Source: Myxococcota bacterium
Lineage (GTDB): Bacteria; Myxococcota_A; SURF-8; G963663525
Reading direction: 5' to 3'
Assembly (NCBI GenBank): GCA_963676915.2
Contig: CAXXVK010000043.1
Span: forward strand, 236,568 to 300,567
DNA: 64,000 nucleotides
In this document: positions 28,313-39,825 of the stretch, in pieces
Numbering within the stretch: position 1 is the first letter of the stretch
Layout of the letters: every line of letters begins with the position of its first letter
The notes under the pieces: generated by a model
What the model was told of the DNA's origin: nothing
Databases searched by the model: none
The model's input: the letters and a program-made list of their open reading frames with translations, nothing else
Position numbers and translations under genes: made by a program

Positions 28313-30427
28313 GTGAGGTCAATTATGCCGGAGATTTCGACAGGTGAATGGATTGCTTTTATCTTGATGTTCCTTGTGGGCATCGTCACGTTTCTGTACG
28401 TCGCCTATAGCCGAATTCAACTGCTGCTTCTGGCTCAGCCCGAAAATCGCTTCGACAACCTGCCCAAACGGGTGCTGTTGGCGATCAAGTACGGCTTCGG
28501 ACAGTACAAAATGCCGGATGAAGTCTCGGCGGGATTGTTGCACATCACGATTTTCGCGGGTTTCATGACCGTTTCCCTGCGGACCATCATGCTTTTTGCA
28601 CAAGGCTTGATCGGTGACTACCACTTCCATCTCTGGGTGTTGGGACCGGAGCAGCCGCTTGGCATGCTGTACGCTTTCGTCAAGGATTTCATCTCCTTGT
28701 TCGTCATCGTCGCCTGTTTTGGTTTCATGTACCGGCGGATGATCAGCAAGCCCGTACGGATGCAGAACATCGTGGTTTGGGAACCGGTCGTGATTCTCTT
28801 CTGGATCTCCGGCCTGATGCTGACGGACTTCTTCATTGAAGGCGCGTTGTTGCATGTGTCCAACGGTGGATTGACCTTCCTGCCAGCTCCCATCACCTAC
28901 ATTGCGGCGCATTTGATCAGCCCAGAATCCGTTACCGGATGGTTGAAGGTCAATTTCTGGATTCACACCGCGATGATCTTGATTTTCCTCAACTATCTCC
29001 CCTTCGGAAAGCACTTCCACGTGTTGACGGCTATCCCTAATATCTTCCTTGGACGCCTGGGCCCTCCGGGAAAAATCAAGTCCATCGACAACCTGGAAGA
29101 ACTGTTCGAGAAAATGGAAGAAGAAGAAGTGGTCATCGGCGTGGCCGAGCCGGAGCACTTCACCTGGAAAACCCTGCTTGACGTGTACACCTGCACCCAA
29201 TGTGGTCGTTGCGTGCCGTTTTGTCCGGCCTGGAGCACGGACAAACCCTTGAGCCTGCGGCAGGTGAATAAAGACATCCGCCACCATCTGATGGATAAAT
29301 CCGCTTATCTGCTGGAAACCAACGGCAAACCGAGTGGCGAGAAAAAGGAATGGGAACACGAACCCATGACCGGCACGACGTTGTCCACCGATACGATCTG
29401 GGCTTGCACGATGTGCCGCGACTGCGAAGAGCGTTGCCCGGTGTTGATCGAGCAGGTGTCGAAGATTACCGAAATGCGTCGTTATCTCAATATGATCGAG
29501 GGCAATATTCCCGACGAACTGACGCAGATGTTCCGTGGTCTGGAACGCAACTCCAACCCTTGGGGCTTGGGCTATGACCAGCGTGGCAAATGGATCGATG
29601 ACAACCCCGACTTGGGTGTCCAGCGTTTCGCCGAAGTGGAAAATCCCGAGGAAATCGAGTACTTGTTCTTCGTCGGTTGCATGGGTAGTTTCGATGATCG
29701 CTCCGTGCGCGTGTCCAAAGCGTTGTGCAAGATCATGAACGAAGCCGGAATCAAGTTTGCCGTATTGGGCGAAGAAGAACAATGCAGTGGTGATACCGCC
29801 CGCCGACTGGGTAACGAATATCTGGCCCAGATGCAGATGCAGATGAACCTCACCGCGATGAAAATGTACGGTGTAAAGAAAGTCGTCACCAACTGCCCGC
29901 ACTGCTTCAACACGCTGAAAAACGAGTATGCCGACATCATCGTAACGGATGAAGAAACCGAAGAAACCTTTAAGTATTCCTTCGATGAAGTCATCCACGG
30001 TCAGGTGCTTGTCAAACGTCTGCTGGACGAAGGCCGGATCTCGATCAATAGCGAAGCTTTGGGTGAGATCGCCTATCACGACAGTTGTTTCATGGGACGC
30101 TACAACGACATTTACGATGAGCCGCGCCAGTTGATCGAAGCCTGCGGCGGCAAAGTCGTTAACCCGAGCCTGCATCACAACCATTCGTTCTGCTGTGGCG
30201 CGGGCGGTGGCCGGATGTGGATGGAAGAAGAACAACCCCGCGTCAACGACAAACGCTTCAAAGAAATCATGGAAACCACGAACGATCCCGAACTGATCGG
30301 CGTGTCCTGTCCCTTCTGTATGACGATGATCACCGACGGCAGCAAGAATGCCAACCGTGACGAAGACGTGAAAATCAAGGACGTGATCGAACTCGTTGCC
30401 GACGCCCTCGTGGTCCGGGAAAAGTAG
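28313..30427 (+). CDS. Membrane-bound Fe-S oxidoreductase (FadF / EMO / HdrF-like)
   Basis: N-terminal TM helices with His (LLHITIFAGF, FWIH, PFGKHFH), CTQCGRC...CP, CTMCRDC...CP, and two CCG domains (FVGC, CSG, CPHC, YHDSC, CCGAGGG, CPFC). Alternative start at 28325. Confidence 0.9.
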   Translation: MRSIMPEISTGEWIAFILMFLVGIVTFLYVAYSRIQLLLLAQPENRFDNLPKRVLLAIKYGFGQYKMPDEVSAGLLHITIFAGFMTVSLRTIMLFAQGLIGDYHFHLWVLGPEQPLGMLYAFVKDFISLFVIVACFGFMYRRMISKPVRMQNIVVWEPVVILFWISGLMLTDFFIEGALLHVSNGGLTFLPAPITYIAAHLISPESVTGWLKVNFWIHTAMILIFLNYLPFGKHFHVLTAIPNIFLGRLGPPGKIKSIDNLEELFEKMEEEEVVIGVAEPEHFTWKTLLDVYTCTQCGRCVPFCPAWSTDKPLSLRQVNKDIRHHLMDKSAYLLETNGKPSGEKKEWEHEPMTGTTLSTDTIWACTMCRDCEERCPVLIEQVSKITEMRRYLNMIEGNIPDELTQMFRGLERNSNPWGLGYDQRGKWIDDNPDLGVQRFAEVENPEEIEYLFFVGCMGSFDDRSVRVSKALCKIMNEAGIKFAVLGEEEQCSGDTARRLGNEYLAQMQMQMNLTAMKMYGVKKVVTNCPHCFNTLKNEYADIIVTDEETEETFKYSFDEVIHGQVLVKRLLDEGRISINSEALGEIAYHDSCFMGRYNDIYDEPRQLIEACGGKVVNPSLHHNHSFCCGAGGGRMWMEEEQPRVNDKRFKEIMETTNDPELIGVSCPFCMTMITDGSKNANRDEDVKIKDVIELVADALVVREK

Positions 30428-30430
30428 CCT

Positions 30431-31162
30431 ATGAAACGGATTGATTCAATACGTCTCCTTTGTGTGTTGCTTATCACGATTTTTGTGACAGCGGGTTGTT
30501 GCGAGTCGGACGATTGCGACTGCGGTAATATAACGCCTTCCGGGGACGACGAAGTATCTGCCGATGGCGAGACGACCTGTGAAAACAACAGCTTCAGTTG
30601 CTCCGAGGACGCAGAAACCGTATTGAAGTGCGTAAACGGACAGTGGGTGGAGCACGAGCTTTGCGGGTGTCCGACCTGTAAAAAAGGACGCTGCTGGGAC
30701 ATCGCCGACTATTGTCACTACATGCCGGATTCCTGTGAGGATGGCCGGTTGACACTCAAACGGCAGGTGGACGAGGAATGCTGCGAAGTGTACCAATCCA
30801 TGACCTGTCCGTCTTCGACGTCCTGTTCTCCGATGCTGGGCTGCGTGTTTTCCCAGGTTGATAACTGTGAGGAAAACACCACGGCTTGCGCCAGCGATGG
30901 CAAAACCGTGCGGATCTGTCGCAATGGCAAATTCGCGGTGCTCAATGAGTGTCCCTGTGGCTGTCGCAACGGTGGATGCATCACGAACGATGGGCTTCGT
31001 TGCACCTACAGTTTCCATAGCTGCAAGTCCAACGGTGTGGAAGTTCTTTCGCTGGAAGGCGATAACGGTGCATGTTGTCAGGCCGGAATGGAAGGCTATT
31101 GCGAAGCTTTCGAAGAAGCCTGCTACCCGGATCGGGGATGCTCGCCGTTGATCCTTGAATAG
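30431..31162 (+). CDS. Cys-rich lipoprotein with a duplicated module
   Basis: Lipobox TAGC and two copies of EN...C..D..TV..C.NG......C.C..C..G.C. Confidence 0.7.
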   Translation: MKRIDSIRLLCVLLITIFVTAGCCESDDCDCGNITPSGDDEVSADGETTCENNSFSCSEDAETVLKCVNGQWVEHELCGCPTCKKGRCWDIADYCHYMPDSCEDGRLTLKRQVDEECCEVYQSMTCPSSTSCSPMLGCVFSQVDNCEENTTACASDGKTVRICRNGKFAVLNECPCGCRNGGCITNDGLRCTYSFHSCKSNGVEVLSLEGDNGACCQAGMEGYCEAFEEACYPDRGCSPLILE

Positions 31163-31249
31163 CGTGAAGAAGGTTTGACAAAACCTCTACGATCCTAGTA
31201 CGGTCCTTACATAACGTAAGGGCCGTTTTTTTATCGAGAATCACGTTTT

Positions 31250-32272
31250 ATGACTTCATCTACTCCCCGAAAACCGATCAAGCGCCGCCGATTGAGCGTG
31301 GAAGACTACGAGCGAGGCGTGCTTGCCGGTGACAAGTCCATCCTGGCGCGGGCGATCACGCTTGTGGAAAGCGAACGTCCCGAACATCAGGAAAATGCTC
31401 AGGAATTGCTCGTCCGGTTGCTGCCCCATGCGGGGAACGCGCACCGAATCGGCATTACCGGTGTTCCTGGCGTCGGAAAAAGCACGCTGATCGAAACGTT
31501 CGGCAAGCAATTGACCGCCAAGGGACATCGGGTGGCGGTGCTGGCGGTCGATCCCACAAGCCGGGTCAGTGGTGGCAGCATTCTGGGAGATAAAACCCGC
31601 ATGGAAACGCTGGCGACCGACGAAAACGCCTTTATTCGTCCTTCTCCCACCGGAGGGCATTTGGGAGGCGTTGGGCGAAAAACCCGTGAAACGTCCATCG
31701 TTTGTGAAGCTGCCGGGTACGATGTCATCCTCGTTGAAACCGTGGGAGTGGGGCAATCGGAGACTGTGGTTGCCGGAATGGTGGATATCTTTCTGGTGCT
31801 GATGTTGCCTGGTGCAGGGGATGAGTTACAGGGCATCAAGCGCGGGATTCTCGAATTGGCGGACCTTATCGTGGTCAACAAGGCCGATGGTGATCGCAAA
31901 AAAGCCCTGTTGGCGCGTCAGGAATATATGTCCGCCCTGAAATACACCCGTTCGGCCAGTCGTCATTGGAAACCGCCGGTTACGACGTGTAGCGGATTGA
32001 CCGGCGAAGGGTTGGACGAGCTTTGGCGGCTGATTCTCGAACATCGCAAGACCCTGGAACAAAACGGAGAATGGGACGAAAAGCGTTCCCGGCAGCGACT
32101 CGAATGGATGTGGAACACGGTCGAGCAACGCCTGATGGCTGCGCTAAAAAACCATCCCGACGTTCGCAACCATTTGAAAGAATTGGAACATCTTGTGTTG
32201 AAGGGGGAAATCACTCCCACACTCGCCGCTGAAGATCTTTTGCGCAAATTCGGATTGCATCACGACGAATAG
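31250..32272 (+). CDS. meaB: Methylmalonyl-CoA mutase-associated GTPase
   Basis: GITGVPGVGKST, AVDPTS..SGGSILGDKTRM, ETVGVGQSE, GDELQGIKRG, NKAD. Confidence 0.95.
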   Translation: MTSSTPRKPIKRRRLSVEDYERGVLAGDKSILARAITLVESERPEHQENAQELLVRLLPHAGNAHRIGITGVPGVGKSTLIETFGKQLTAKGHRVAVLAVDPTSRVSGGSILGDKTRMETLATDENAFIRPSPTGGHLGGVGRKTRETSIVCEAAGYDVILVETVGVGQSETVVAGMVDIFLVLMLPGAGDELQGIKRGILELADLIVVNKADGDRKKALLARQEYMSALKYTRSASRHWKPPVTTCSGLTGEGLDELWRLILEHRKTLEQNGEWDEKRSRQRLEWMWNTVEQRLMAALKNHPDVRNHLKELEHLVLKGEITPTLAAEDLLRKFGLHHDE

Positions 32273-32977
32273 CAGGCGTAAATCCACTGGTTGAGGACGT
32301 TGGCCAGTCCGTGAAAAAGGATCGGTGCGGCGACGCCGCCGGTTTTTGCACGCAGCCAGCCGAACACCAGCGATGGAAAGAACACGGCCAGCCGGAAAGG
32401 GTGCGGCGTCAGAGCGAGGTGTCCAACGGCGAACAGCAGGCTGGTCAGCACGATTCCCCACCCAATGGAAACTCCCAGGAACGAAAACCAGGGTTTGAAA
32501 TGTTTTTCGAATACCGGTTGCATCCAACCCCGGTAAAAAACCTCTTCCGGGAGGGCAACCACGAAAATTTGTGTCGCCAGTAGCAGAAGCAGGTTTTCTT
32601 TGGGGAAGGTAAAAGCGAAAGATTGCCCGAATCCGTAGCTGAACCAGCCGTGTGCGCCGAGAATGAACGGTGGGAAAATCACCAGCACCGCGAGCAGTCC
32701 CCAGCCGAGATCCCGAAACAGGTGTTTAACGTGCAATCCCCACGTCGCCAAAGTTCCTTGCGTCGGTCGATGAAAACGATCGGGAGGTAGACCATCGCTG
32801 CAAGCAGCAGAGATACACATATTCCTGCACTGCCGAGGGTAGCAGGTGGGCGGTAATCGCAATCGATAGGCTGATTCCTGCAAATGGCAGCAGAACGAGA
32901 CGCAATTCGGGAGGCGGTAGCTCCTCCCGTAGGGAACTTTCGGTTAAAACTGGCGGAGTCTCCGTCACCGCTTCCAC
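32260..32977 (-). CDS. CPBP glutamic intramembrane protease, myxosortase (MrtC)-like; one apparent frameshift near 32810
   Basis: VALPEEVFYRG, LFAVGH, RLAVFFPSLVFGWLR..TG, FHGLAN. The N-terminal part lies in another frame (32726-32977). Confidence 0.75.
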
Positions 32978-34481
32978 CGATCGAAAATCTCTAAAACCGT
33001 CTCGACCATTTTGTCTCGATTTACTTCCATCTGGGCGGGTTGATCTTTGCGCCAGGTTTCGTGATCCTCGATTTCACTGGATAATTCGGCCCCCATGCGA
33101 AGATCCTTGATCGAGATCCGACCGTTTTCGAATTCATTCGAACCCATGATGACCGCAACCGGACAGCCGCGTTGGTCGGCGTATTTCAACTGCTTTTTGA
33201 AATTTCCGCCGCCATGGAACATTTCCGCCCGGATGCCGTGACCACGCAGTTCGAACACCAGTTTCTGATATTCTTCCGTCAGCGATTTATCCATCGTCGT
33301 AATCAAGACCGGGGGTAGGGGGGCGTCCGTTTCTTTGGATTCGATCAACTTCAGTGCTTCGATCAATCGATCTACTCCGATGGAAGCGCCGGTAGCCGGG
33401 ACTTTCTCCCCGGTGAAGCGTTGAATCAAGGTATCGTAGCGTCCTCCGCCGCCGACCGAACCGAAACGGACGCTTCGGCCTTTTTCATCCACGGTTTCGA
33501 GAGTCAGCTCCGCTTCGAATACGGGGCCGGTATAATATCCCAGGCCACGGATGATCGTGGGGTCGAGTCCGACCCGTTCTTCGTCGTATCCCGCTGCGGT
33601 TAACAAGGCATCGATCTGGCGTAATTCGTCGATGCCTTCCGCACCGTTTTTTCGTGGATCCCACCTGTCGGTCCAGTGCTTCCAGAACTTCCGCACGGCT
33701 GGAAGCTTTCATGGAGAGGTCAAGGTAATCGAGGATCGGTCGGCGTTCGTCCGCTGTCAGTCCCGCACCCTTGATGAATGCGCCGGATTCGTCTTTGCGA
33801 CCATCGCCGAGCAGCAGCTCGACGCCCTGGCGTCCGAGGCGGTCGAGTTTGTCCAGTGTTCGCATGACGATCACTGCCACTTCGACGGGTTTTTCGTTGA
33901 TGAGGAGGGTTCGTCCTCCTTCGAGGGGAAGACCGGCTTTTTCGAGCAAGCCGTTGATAATTTTACGGTTGTTGACGTTCATGCGGTACCCGCCACGAGG
34001 CAGTCCGATGGCTTCGAAGGCATCGCACAGCGCACAGAGGATTTCTACATCCGCCGACATTTTCGCTGCGCCGACCGTGTCCAGATCGCATTGGGTGAAC
34101 TGGCGAAAACGGCCCGGTCCCGGTTTTCGTAGCGGCAGACCGTGCCGATCTGGTAGCGCCGGAAAGGAGTGGGAAGGTCACGGCGGTTGGCGGCGAACAT
34201 CCGGGAAAGCGGTGCGGTCAGGTCGTAGCGAAGCGCGATCCACTCCTCGTCATCGGGATTGCGAAAGGAAAACACGCCTTCTTCAGGGGTATCGGTATCC
34301 GCAGGTGTTTACCGAGCACGTCCAGGTATTCGATCAGCGGCGTTTCGAGAGGAATGAAGCCGTACAGGTCGTATACGCCACGAATCTGCGAAATCATTCG
34401 TTCGCGATCCACGACGCTTTGGCCCATTACATCTCGGAATCCTTTGACAAGTCTCGGTTTCAACCGCTTTTGCTTCGCCAT
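32965..34481 (-). CDS. hisS: Histidine-tRNA ligase; three apparent frameshifts (~34300, ~34125, ~33650)
   Basis: Consecutive fragments KGFRD/ETP, LRYDLTAPL, RQFTQCDLD, LDKLD, RGLGYYTG, GGGRYD.L, SIGVDR, KQLKYAD. Confidence 0.92.
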
Positions 34482-34783
34482 GCCGACCTCCCGTGCCAAG
34501 CTGATTTCTTTCAGGGATTATGCATTAAATGTCCTGACTGGCAATGAAAAGAATGCAGGAAAGTGGCCAATTTTACGTGGACTGGCTCTTGTTTGGAGGT
34601 TCGTTGATGGTTTCGTCGCTTTTTTTGAATGTACAGCTTTGGGTGGGAATTGTTCACAATCGGACCAAAGCTTGACAGATTCCGTCAAACCGCCAACAAT
34701 CGGAAAAAATCGTAACGATGCAAATCAATCGACATCCGATACGTCTAATGGAAAAAGCATCCATTTCATATGAGGCGAGAAAT

Positions 34784-37700
34784 ATGTCACACGGGAAATG
34801 TTTCGTGATTTCGCTCCTTTTATTGTTTGCAATCCTATTGGTTGGTTGCGATTCCGGGGTCGTCTTCATTCTTTTTCGGAGATTCGGAAGAGTCGGATGA
34901 CCTAAGTTGTACGCCCGGCCAGCACGCCGAGTGCGACCGTTCCGGCGGGAACTGGTTGTGTTCGGCGGATGGGGAATGCATCGAGATCGGCGATTGTACC
35001 AGCGACGAGCAATGCCGCTCCTGGCGTACCGATGCCACTCAGTCCGTATGTATTTTAGGAATCTGTAGCTGGACTGGCGATGTCGTTCCGGCGGATGAGG
35101 ATGACACGGAGTCGGATTTTGCCGATGAAAACGTTGATTCCGACCCCGAAAGCCTGCTGGGTTGCAGCGACTGGAAGAGGATCTACCAAGGGGATTTGTG
35201 CGGGCAGACGGTACGGCTTTACATCGATCTGGATGAAGATTGCGAAGGTGTGGTGTCGATTCCCGAGTTGATCGCTTCGGGGGAAGCCGATACTTCGGGG
35301 TATCTTGAATTTTCCAATGGATGCACCGGACAACGGGTTCCGGGTGGTGTGAACCTGACCTGCGGGGATTGCCAGACGTTTCTTTCGCCGCTTCAAAGCT
35401 CTCACGAAGGCCGCTTGATCGCTTCTTCCGATAGGCTCGACTTCGGAAGCGTGCCTTTCGGAAACTCGCAGTTTAAAACCCTCTTTTTGAATGTCGAGAA
35501 CGGTTCGGTGGAAATTCTTTCATGGAAGATTGTTTCCGAAGCGGATTTCGATCTGTACGAAGCTTCCGATAGTGACTTGCCGGTGTTGATCGAAGAGAAC
35601 GATTCGTTCGGTCTCAACGTGATGTATTCCAACAGTCGTCACCCTGTAACGAAGAAACCGGAGTTCTATGGATTTACACGTCTTCTTCCGAAACGCCGGT
35701 TCTTTCCATCGTTTTGATGGCTCGTGACTACAGTGCAGATTGTCACGAGTTGAATGTCGAACCCACGGCTCTCGATTTCGGTACGCTCAGTTCTGCCTCT
35801 CCCCAGGAAAGAGAGTTCGTTCTGGCGAAGGAAAGACCAGACTCCGGAGAATTTTTGACTGTCGTGTCCGTAGAATTCGTACCGGTTCCGGATAGTGATG
35901 ACCTGGAAAATGCCGGTGGTGCTTTCACGTTGCTGCTGTTTACGTCAACGAATCAGCCACCCCAAAATGTGTATAACGAGTCCCTTACTTATACGGTTCG
36001 TTGCCAGCCGATTCCTTCGTTGCACCAACCCGAAGAAATTCTCACCGGACGGATCCGTGTCACTTACACCTACGGATATAATTTCGTTGAAATGGACCTC
36101 GAAATCGATCTCGTCGCTCAGGTTGAAGCTTATCGCCCTGCGTGCATCGATATCAACCCTGACGAGGGAATTCCTAACGTCTGGTCGGAGGTCGAGCCGG
36201 GACCGGGGATCGATTTCGGCGTTCGGACGGTAGGAGAAACGGTATCAAGGACACTGGAAATCGTCAACTGCGGTGATGAAACATTGGCTGTTTCCGGAAT
36301 TATTTACAACGGGTCTGTCATGCCTTCCGTTCCCAATCCTTTTATGGTGGAGGTTGCCGGTTCCTTCGAAGTGCCTCCACGGCAAACCAAAGAGATTCCC
36401 GTGAAATTTTATCCCACAGAGGATGATCCTACGGAAACTTACGGCAAAGTACATCGTTCAATCCAATGCGGTCGAAGCCGCTGGTATCGAACCTACACGT
36501 TTGGGAAATTGTTTTACAGACTCGGATTGCGACGTGTTCGAGCAATATTGCACCTGTGAAGAGCAGACGTGCGCCTGCGTCGATGTGGAAAAGTAGAATT
36601 CGGCTTGAGGGGGGCGTGGAGGCTCGCGGGGAGATCCGAATCGAGCCATCGGAGATCGATTGCGGAGTCATTGGGGTCGGTGTGTTCGTCCGTGGAATAC
36701 GATGTGACCGTATTAGTATGGGAAGCCTTCCGTTTACGATCGAAAACATAGGTTTCGGGAATGAACAGACACCGAATTTCAGCTTGTACGGCTTGCCGCA
36801 ATTGCCGTTGACGTTGAGCGAAAACGCTTCTCCCGATAGTGCGACATTCCATGTCATCTGCCATCCACAGGATGTCGGAAACCATGAGACGACGGTTCAG
36901 GTCGTTTCAAATCAAGGGGCAGATCACTACGATATCGGGGTGAAGGCCGAAGGAGTCATCCGTAGGAGTCGTATGGACCGCTTCGTCGTTCCGACGTCCC
37001 GATGGTGGATATGCTCTGGGTGATCGACGATTCCGGGTCGATGAGCGATGAGCAGTCCGCTTTGGCCACCAATTCCGAGGCGTTTATCGACAGGCCGTGC
37101 AATCCGGCGCGGACGTTCAAATCGCAATCACGACCATGAGCATCGGCTATGGAGGAGGAGAACTGGTAGGCGATCGGGAATCATACGCTTCGGTGCCCCG
37201 GACAACTCCGGCATGTCGGCGAACGAGGCGGTGGAAGCATTCAATGCCAACGTGCAGGGAACCATTGGTGGTGGAGGTGGGTCCGAACGCGGGTTCGACG
37301 TAGCCATCTCGGCGTTGGGTGTGCCGCGTCCCGGTGACAATCAGGAGCCGTTGATTCGCGAAAACGCTGTGTTATCGGTCGTGTTCGTGTCCGACGAGGA
37401 TGACCAGTCGATAGGTGATGTTGATTTTTATATAGATTATTTCAAGTCGTTCAAAGGTGCACAAGATGCTGAAATGCTTCAGTTTTTCGCAATTGTAGGT
37501 GATGGTAATCCGCTTGGAGGTTGTGCGAATCTTCAAACCGGTTCTACAGCGAAGTGCCGGAGATCGATACATTGAGGTGGCCGACCAATGCAACACCCAT
37601 CCGGGAAGTCACTTCATGTCTATCTGTGAAGATGATTGGACGGAGGTGTTCCAGAACATCAGCGACGTGCTGTTTTCATTCACTTACGTTCACTTGCGAC

Positions 37701-37885
37701 TGTATTTCCTCGGACAGGTTCCCGTGACCGGAACGTTGGCGATTCTCGTGGACGGAGCCGGTTGGAATCCGGACTGGTGGAGCTACGATGCTACCAACAA
37801 CGCCATTCGTTTCGAACAGGGGCACCATCCGGCACCGGGTTCTACCGTGCTTGTTTCCTATCAAGCCGATTCGTGCTCGCCGTAA
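34784..37885 (+). CDS. Large lipoprotein with Ig-like (choice-of-anchor D/ASH-type) repeats and C-terminal VWA domain; several apparent frameshifts
   Basis: Lipobox LVGC, repeated LDFG/IDFG modules, MIDAS-like VDMLWVIDDSGSM near 37005-37045, VFVSDEDDQS. Reconstructed across several frames. Confidence 0.65.
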
Positions 37886-38066
37886 TTTTAGCCCGCATAC
37901 TTCATGAGGATCGTAGCGAGACGCCGAAAACCGAAGAACTTTCATGAAGTTGGAGTGATTTTTTTACGGAAGCATACTTGACAGTATGTTGAGTATAAAA
38001 AATCGGGAAACGAGTGAAAGATCAAAAGTTTTCAAGTCGTAGGTGATTCTTCATGAATTATGCGGG

Positions 38067-38693
38067 TTAGCTTTTAGCAAGATTTTCGGTGCCGTACTTT
38101 TCGACGATGGCCGCCATCATTCGTTCCAGGGGAAGGTCGTTTTCCGGCTCGAAGTAGCGTAGATATTCGAAATGGGGACGTCCGGCAAGATCGGTGGAAG
38201 GCAAGAGGGCGTCGTGGCGTCCGTCGAAGTCTATCGTTCGAAACCCTTGAGAATCACAGAGCTTTTTCTCGAAAGCCGGGGTGGCTTTTAGCCATTTTCC
38301 TTCAATCAGAACTTCATTGTATCCGTGGTAAACGAATACGTCGGTTCCCATCAGTGCGTACAGAGCCGGAGACATCCTATGGCTGCGGATGTTGGCGAAG
38401 CGCAGACGACAGGGGAGTCCTGCCGCTCTGCAAAGGGCCGAAAAAACCAAGGCTTTTTGCACGCAGAAGCCGTACCCTTCTTTCAAGGTTGAACTGGCTT
38501 TGAATTTTGAGGGGTCATCCAAGGGAACCATCGGCGTGTAAACGATGCCATCCCTTACCCGTAAAAAGATCTTTGCGGCTTTCTCGTGGTCAGGCAGACC
38601 GCTGAGATTCAACGTTGCGACCTCTTCACGGACCCGCTCGTGCTCGGTGTCGATGTAAAATGTCGCCGCAAGACTGGGATTGTCGGGATTCAT
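38067..38693 (-). CDS. Transglutaminase-like protein
   Basis: VRD.I.Y, GFCVQKA (Cys), HGYNEV (His), WLKATPAF. Confidence 0.88.
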   Translation of the reverse strand: MNPDNPSLAATFYIDTEHERVREEVATLNLSGLPDHEKAAKIFLRVRDGIVYTPMVPLDDPSKFKASSTLKEGYGFCVQKALVFSALCRAAGLPCRLRFANIRSHRMSPALYALMGTDVFVYHGYNEVLIEGKWLKATPAFEKKLCDSQGFRTIDFDGRHDALLPSTDLAGRPHFEYLRYFEPENDLPLERMMAAIVEKYGTENLAKS

Positions 38694-38718
38694 GGACGAA
38701 ATTCCGAAAGTGTCCCCA

Positions 38719-39540
38719 TTATCGTTTCTTTTTCTTGGCTTTGATGACGGGGGCTTCGGTGTTGCCGAGGATCAACGGCAGGCCGTCCTTTCCGCCACCG
38801 ACGACGACGATTTTGGAGTTCTCGCTTTCCGCCAACTTCAACGTCGCTTCGATGCCTTTCCAGCGAAGTAGATTCTCGGTGATGCCGGTCGAGACGATGG
38901 CCTGGAAATCGGCGATACCTTTGGCTTCCACTTTTTTCCGTTCGGCTTCCCGTTTTTCCTTTTCGAGAACGAAAAGCATCCGTTCGGCTTCCTGCTTTTC
39001 GGAAAGCTTTCGCTGGATGGCATCCTCGACCACTTTCGGGAAATCCATGTTGCGGAGCAGAATCTGCTGTACTTCAAAGAACTTGCTGGGCAGGTTCTCG
39101 CTGAGTTTGGATTGAATGTCCACCTGGATTTGCGGTCGGTTCATGTAGGCTTCGGTACTCTCGTAGGCTGCGATCACCTCCCGCGCAACGTTACGTAGTG
39201 TCGGTCGGATAATGGTGTCCTCGTACACCGGACCGAGTTCCTTGTGCAGCATGCCGACACGATCGGGGATCACGCGGAAGCGGATGGACACCTCGACGTT
39301 GATATTGAGCTGGTCTTTCGTGAGGATTTTCAGGTTTTCTTTGACGTCCTGGATACGGGAACTGTAGGAAATCACTCGGTTCCAAGGCGCGACGAGGTGA
39401 AAACCTTCGTGCAGGACGTTTTCCGTGTCGGTACCGGTGCGCCAGTTGAAATATGCGCCGACGTGCCCAGACTCGACAACCGTACAACCGGTGGCCGAAA
39501 GAACCATCACTGCCAGAAATACCGCCAAAGACCTATGCAT
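38719..39540 (-). CDS. SPFH/prohibitin family protein
   Basis: EGFHLVAPWN, AIQRK...Q, EAERKKVEAKG, LLRWKGIEAT, GGKDGLPLIL. Confidence 0.9.
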   Translation of the reverse strand: MHRSLAVFLAVMVLSATGCTVVESGHVGAYFNWRTGTDTENVLHEGFHLVAPWNRVISYSSRIQDVKENLKILTKDQLNINVEVSIRFRVIPDRVGMLHKELGPVYEDTIIRPTLRNVAREVIAAYESTEAYMNRPQIQVDIQSKLSENLPSKFFEVQQILLRNMDFPKVVEDAIQRKLSEKQEAERMLFVLEKEKREAERKKVEAKGIADFQAIVSTGITENLLRWKGIEATLKLAESENSKIVVVGGGKDGLPLILGNTEAPVIKAKKKKR

Positions 39541-39825
39541 GGGTGCCTCTTTCCATGTTTATCGTTCTTTTGTAACAGTTTGGCGAATCGATTTCCCCCG
39601 AATTCGCCACAATGGGGAGGTTGTATCAAATCCTCAAAGCAAAGCCAAGGGGAAAGGGCGAAAAAAGTAACGAATTCCGGGGGAACTGTTGGGTAAACGG
39701 AGGTCGGTCTCCTGCATCGTGTGGGACATGGTCCCGCCTGAAGGCAAAGGCACGATTTTCCTTGAACTTTTGTCGGGTTCGTTCTATTTTTCCTACCCAG
39801 TCGAACCTAGCAACGAATAAGGAGA

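Noticed and set aside
28319-30235. Long antisense ORFs (this one, and 24788-26020, 14495-15382, 55789-56841)
   Set aside because: They are shadows of well-supported genes on the opposite strand, with no recognisable motifs
32965-34481. hisS as a pseudogene or programmed-frameshift gene
   Set aside because: It is an essential gene with intact motifs, and similar indels affect many unrelated neighbours, so sequencing error is more likely
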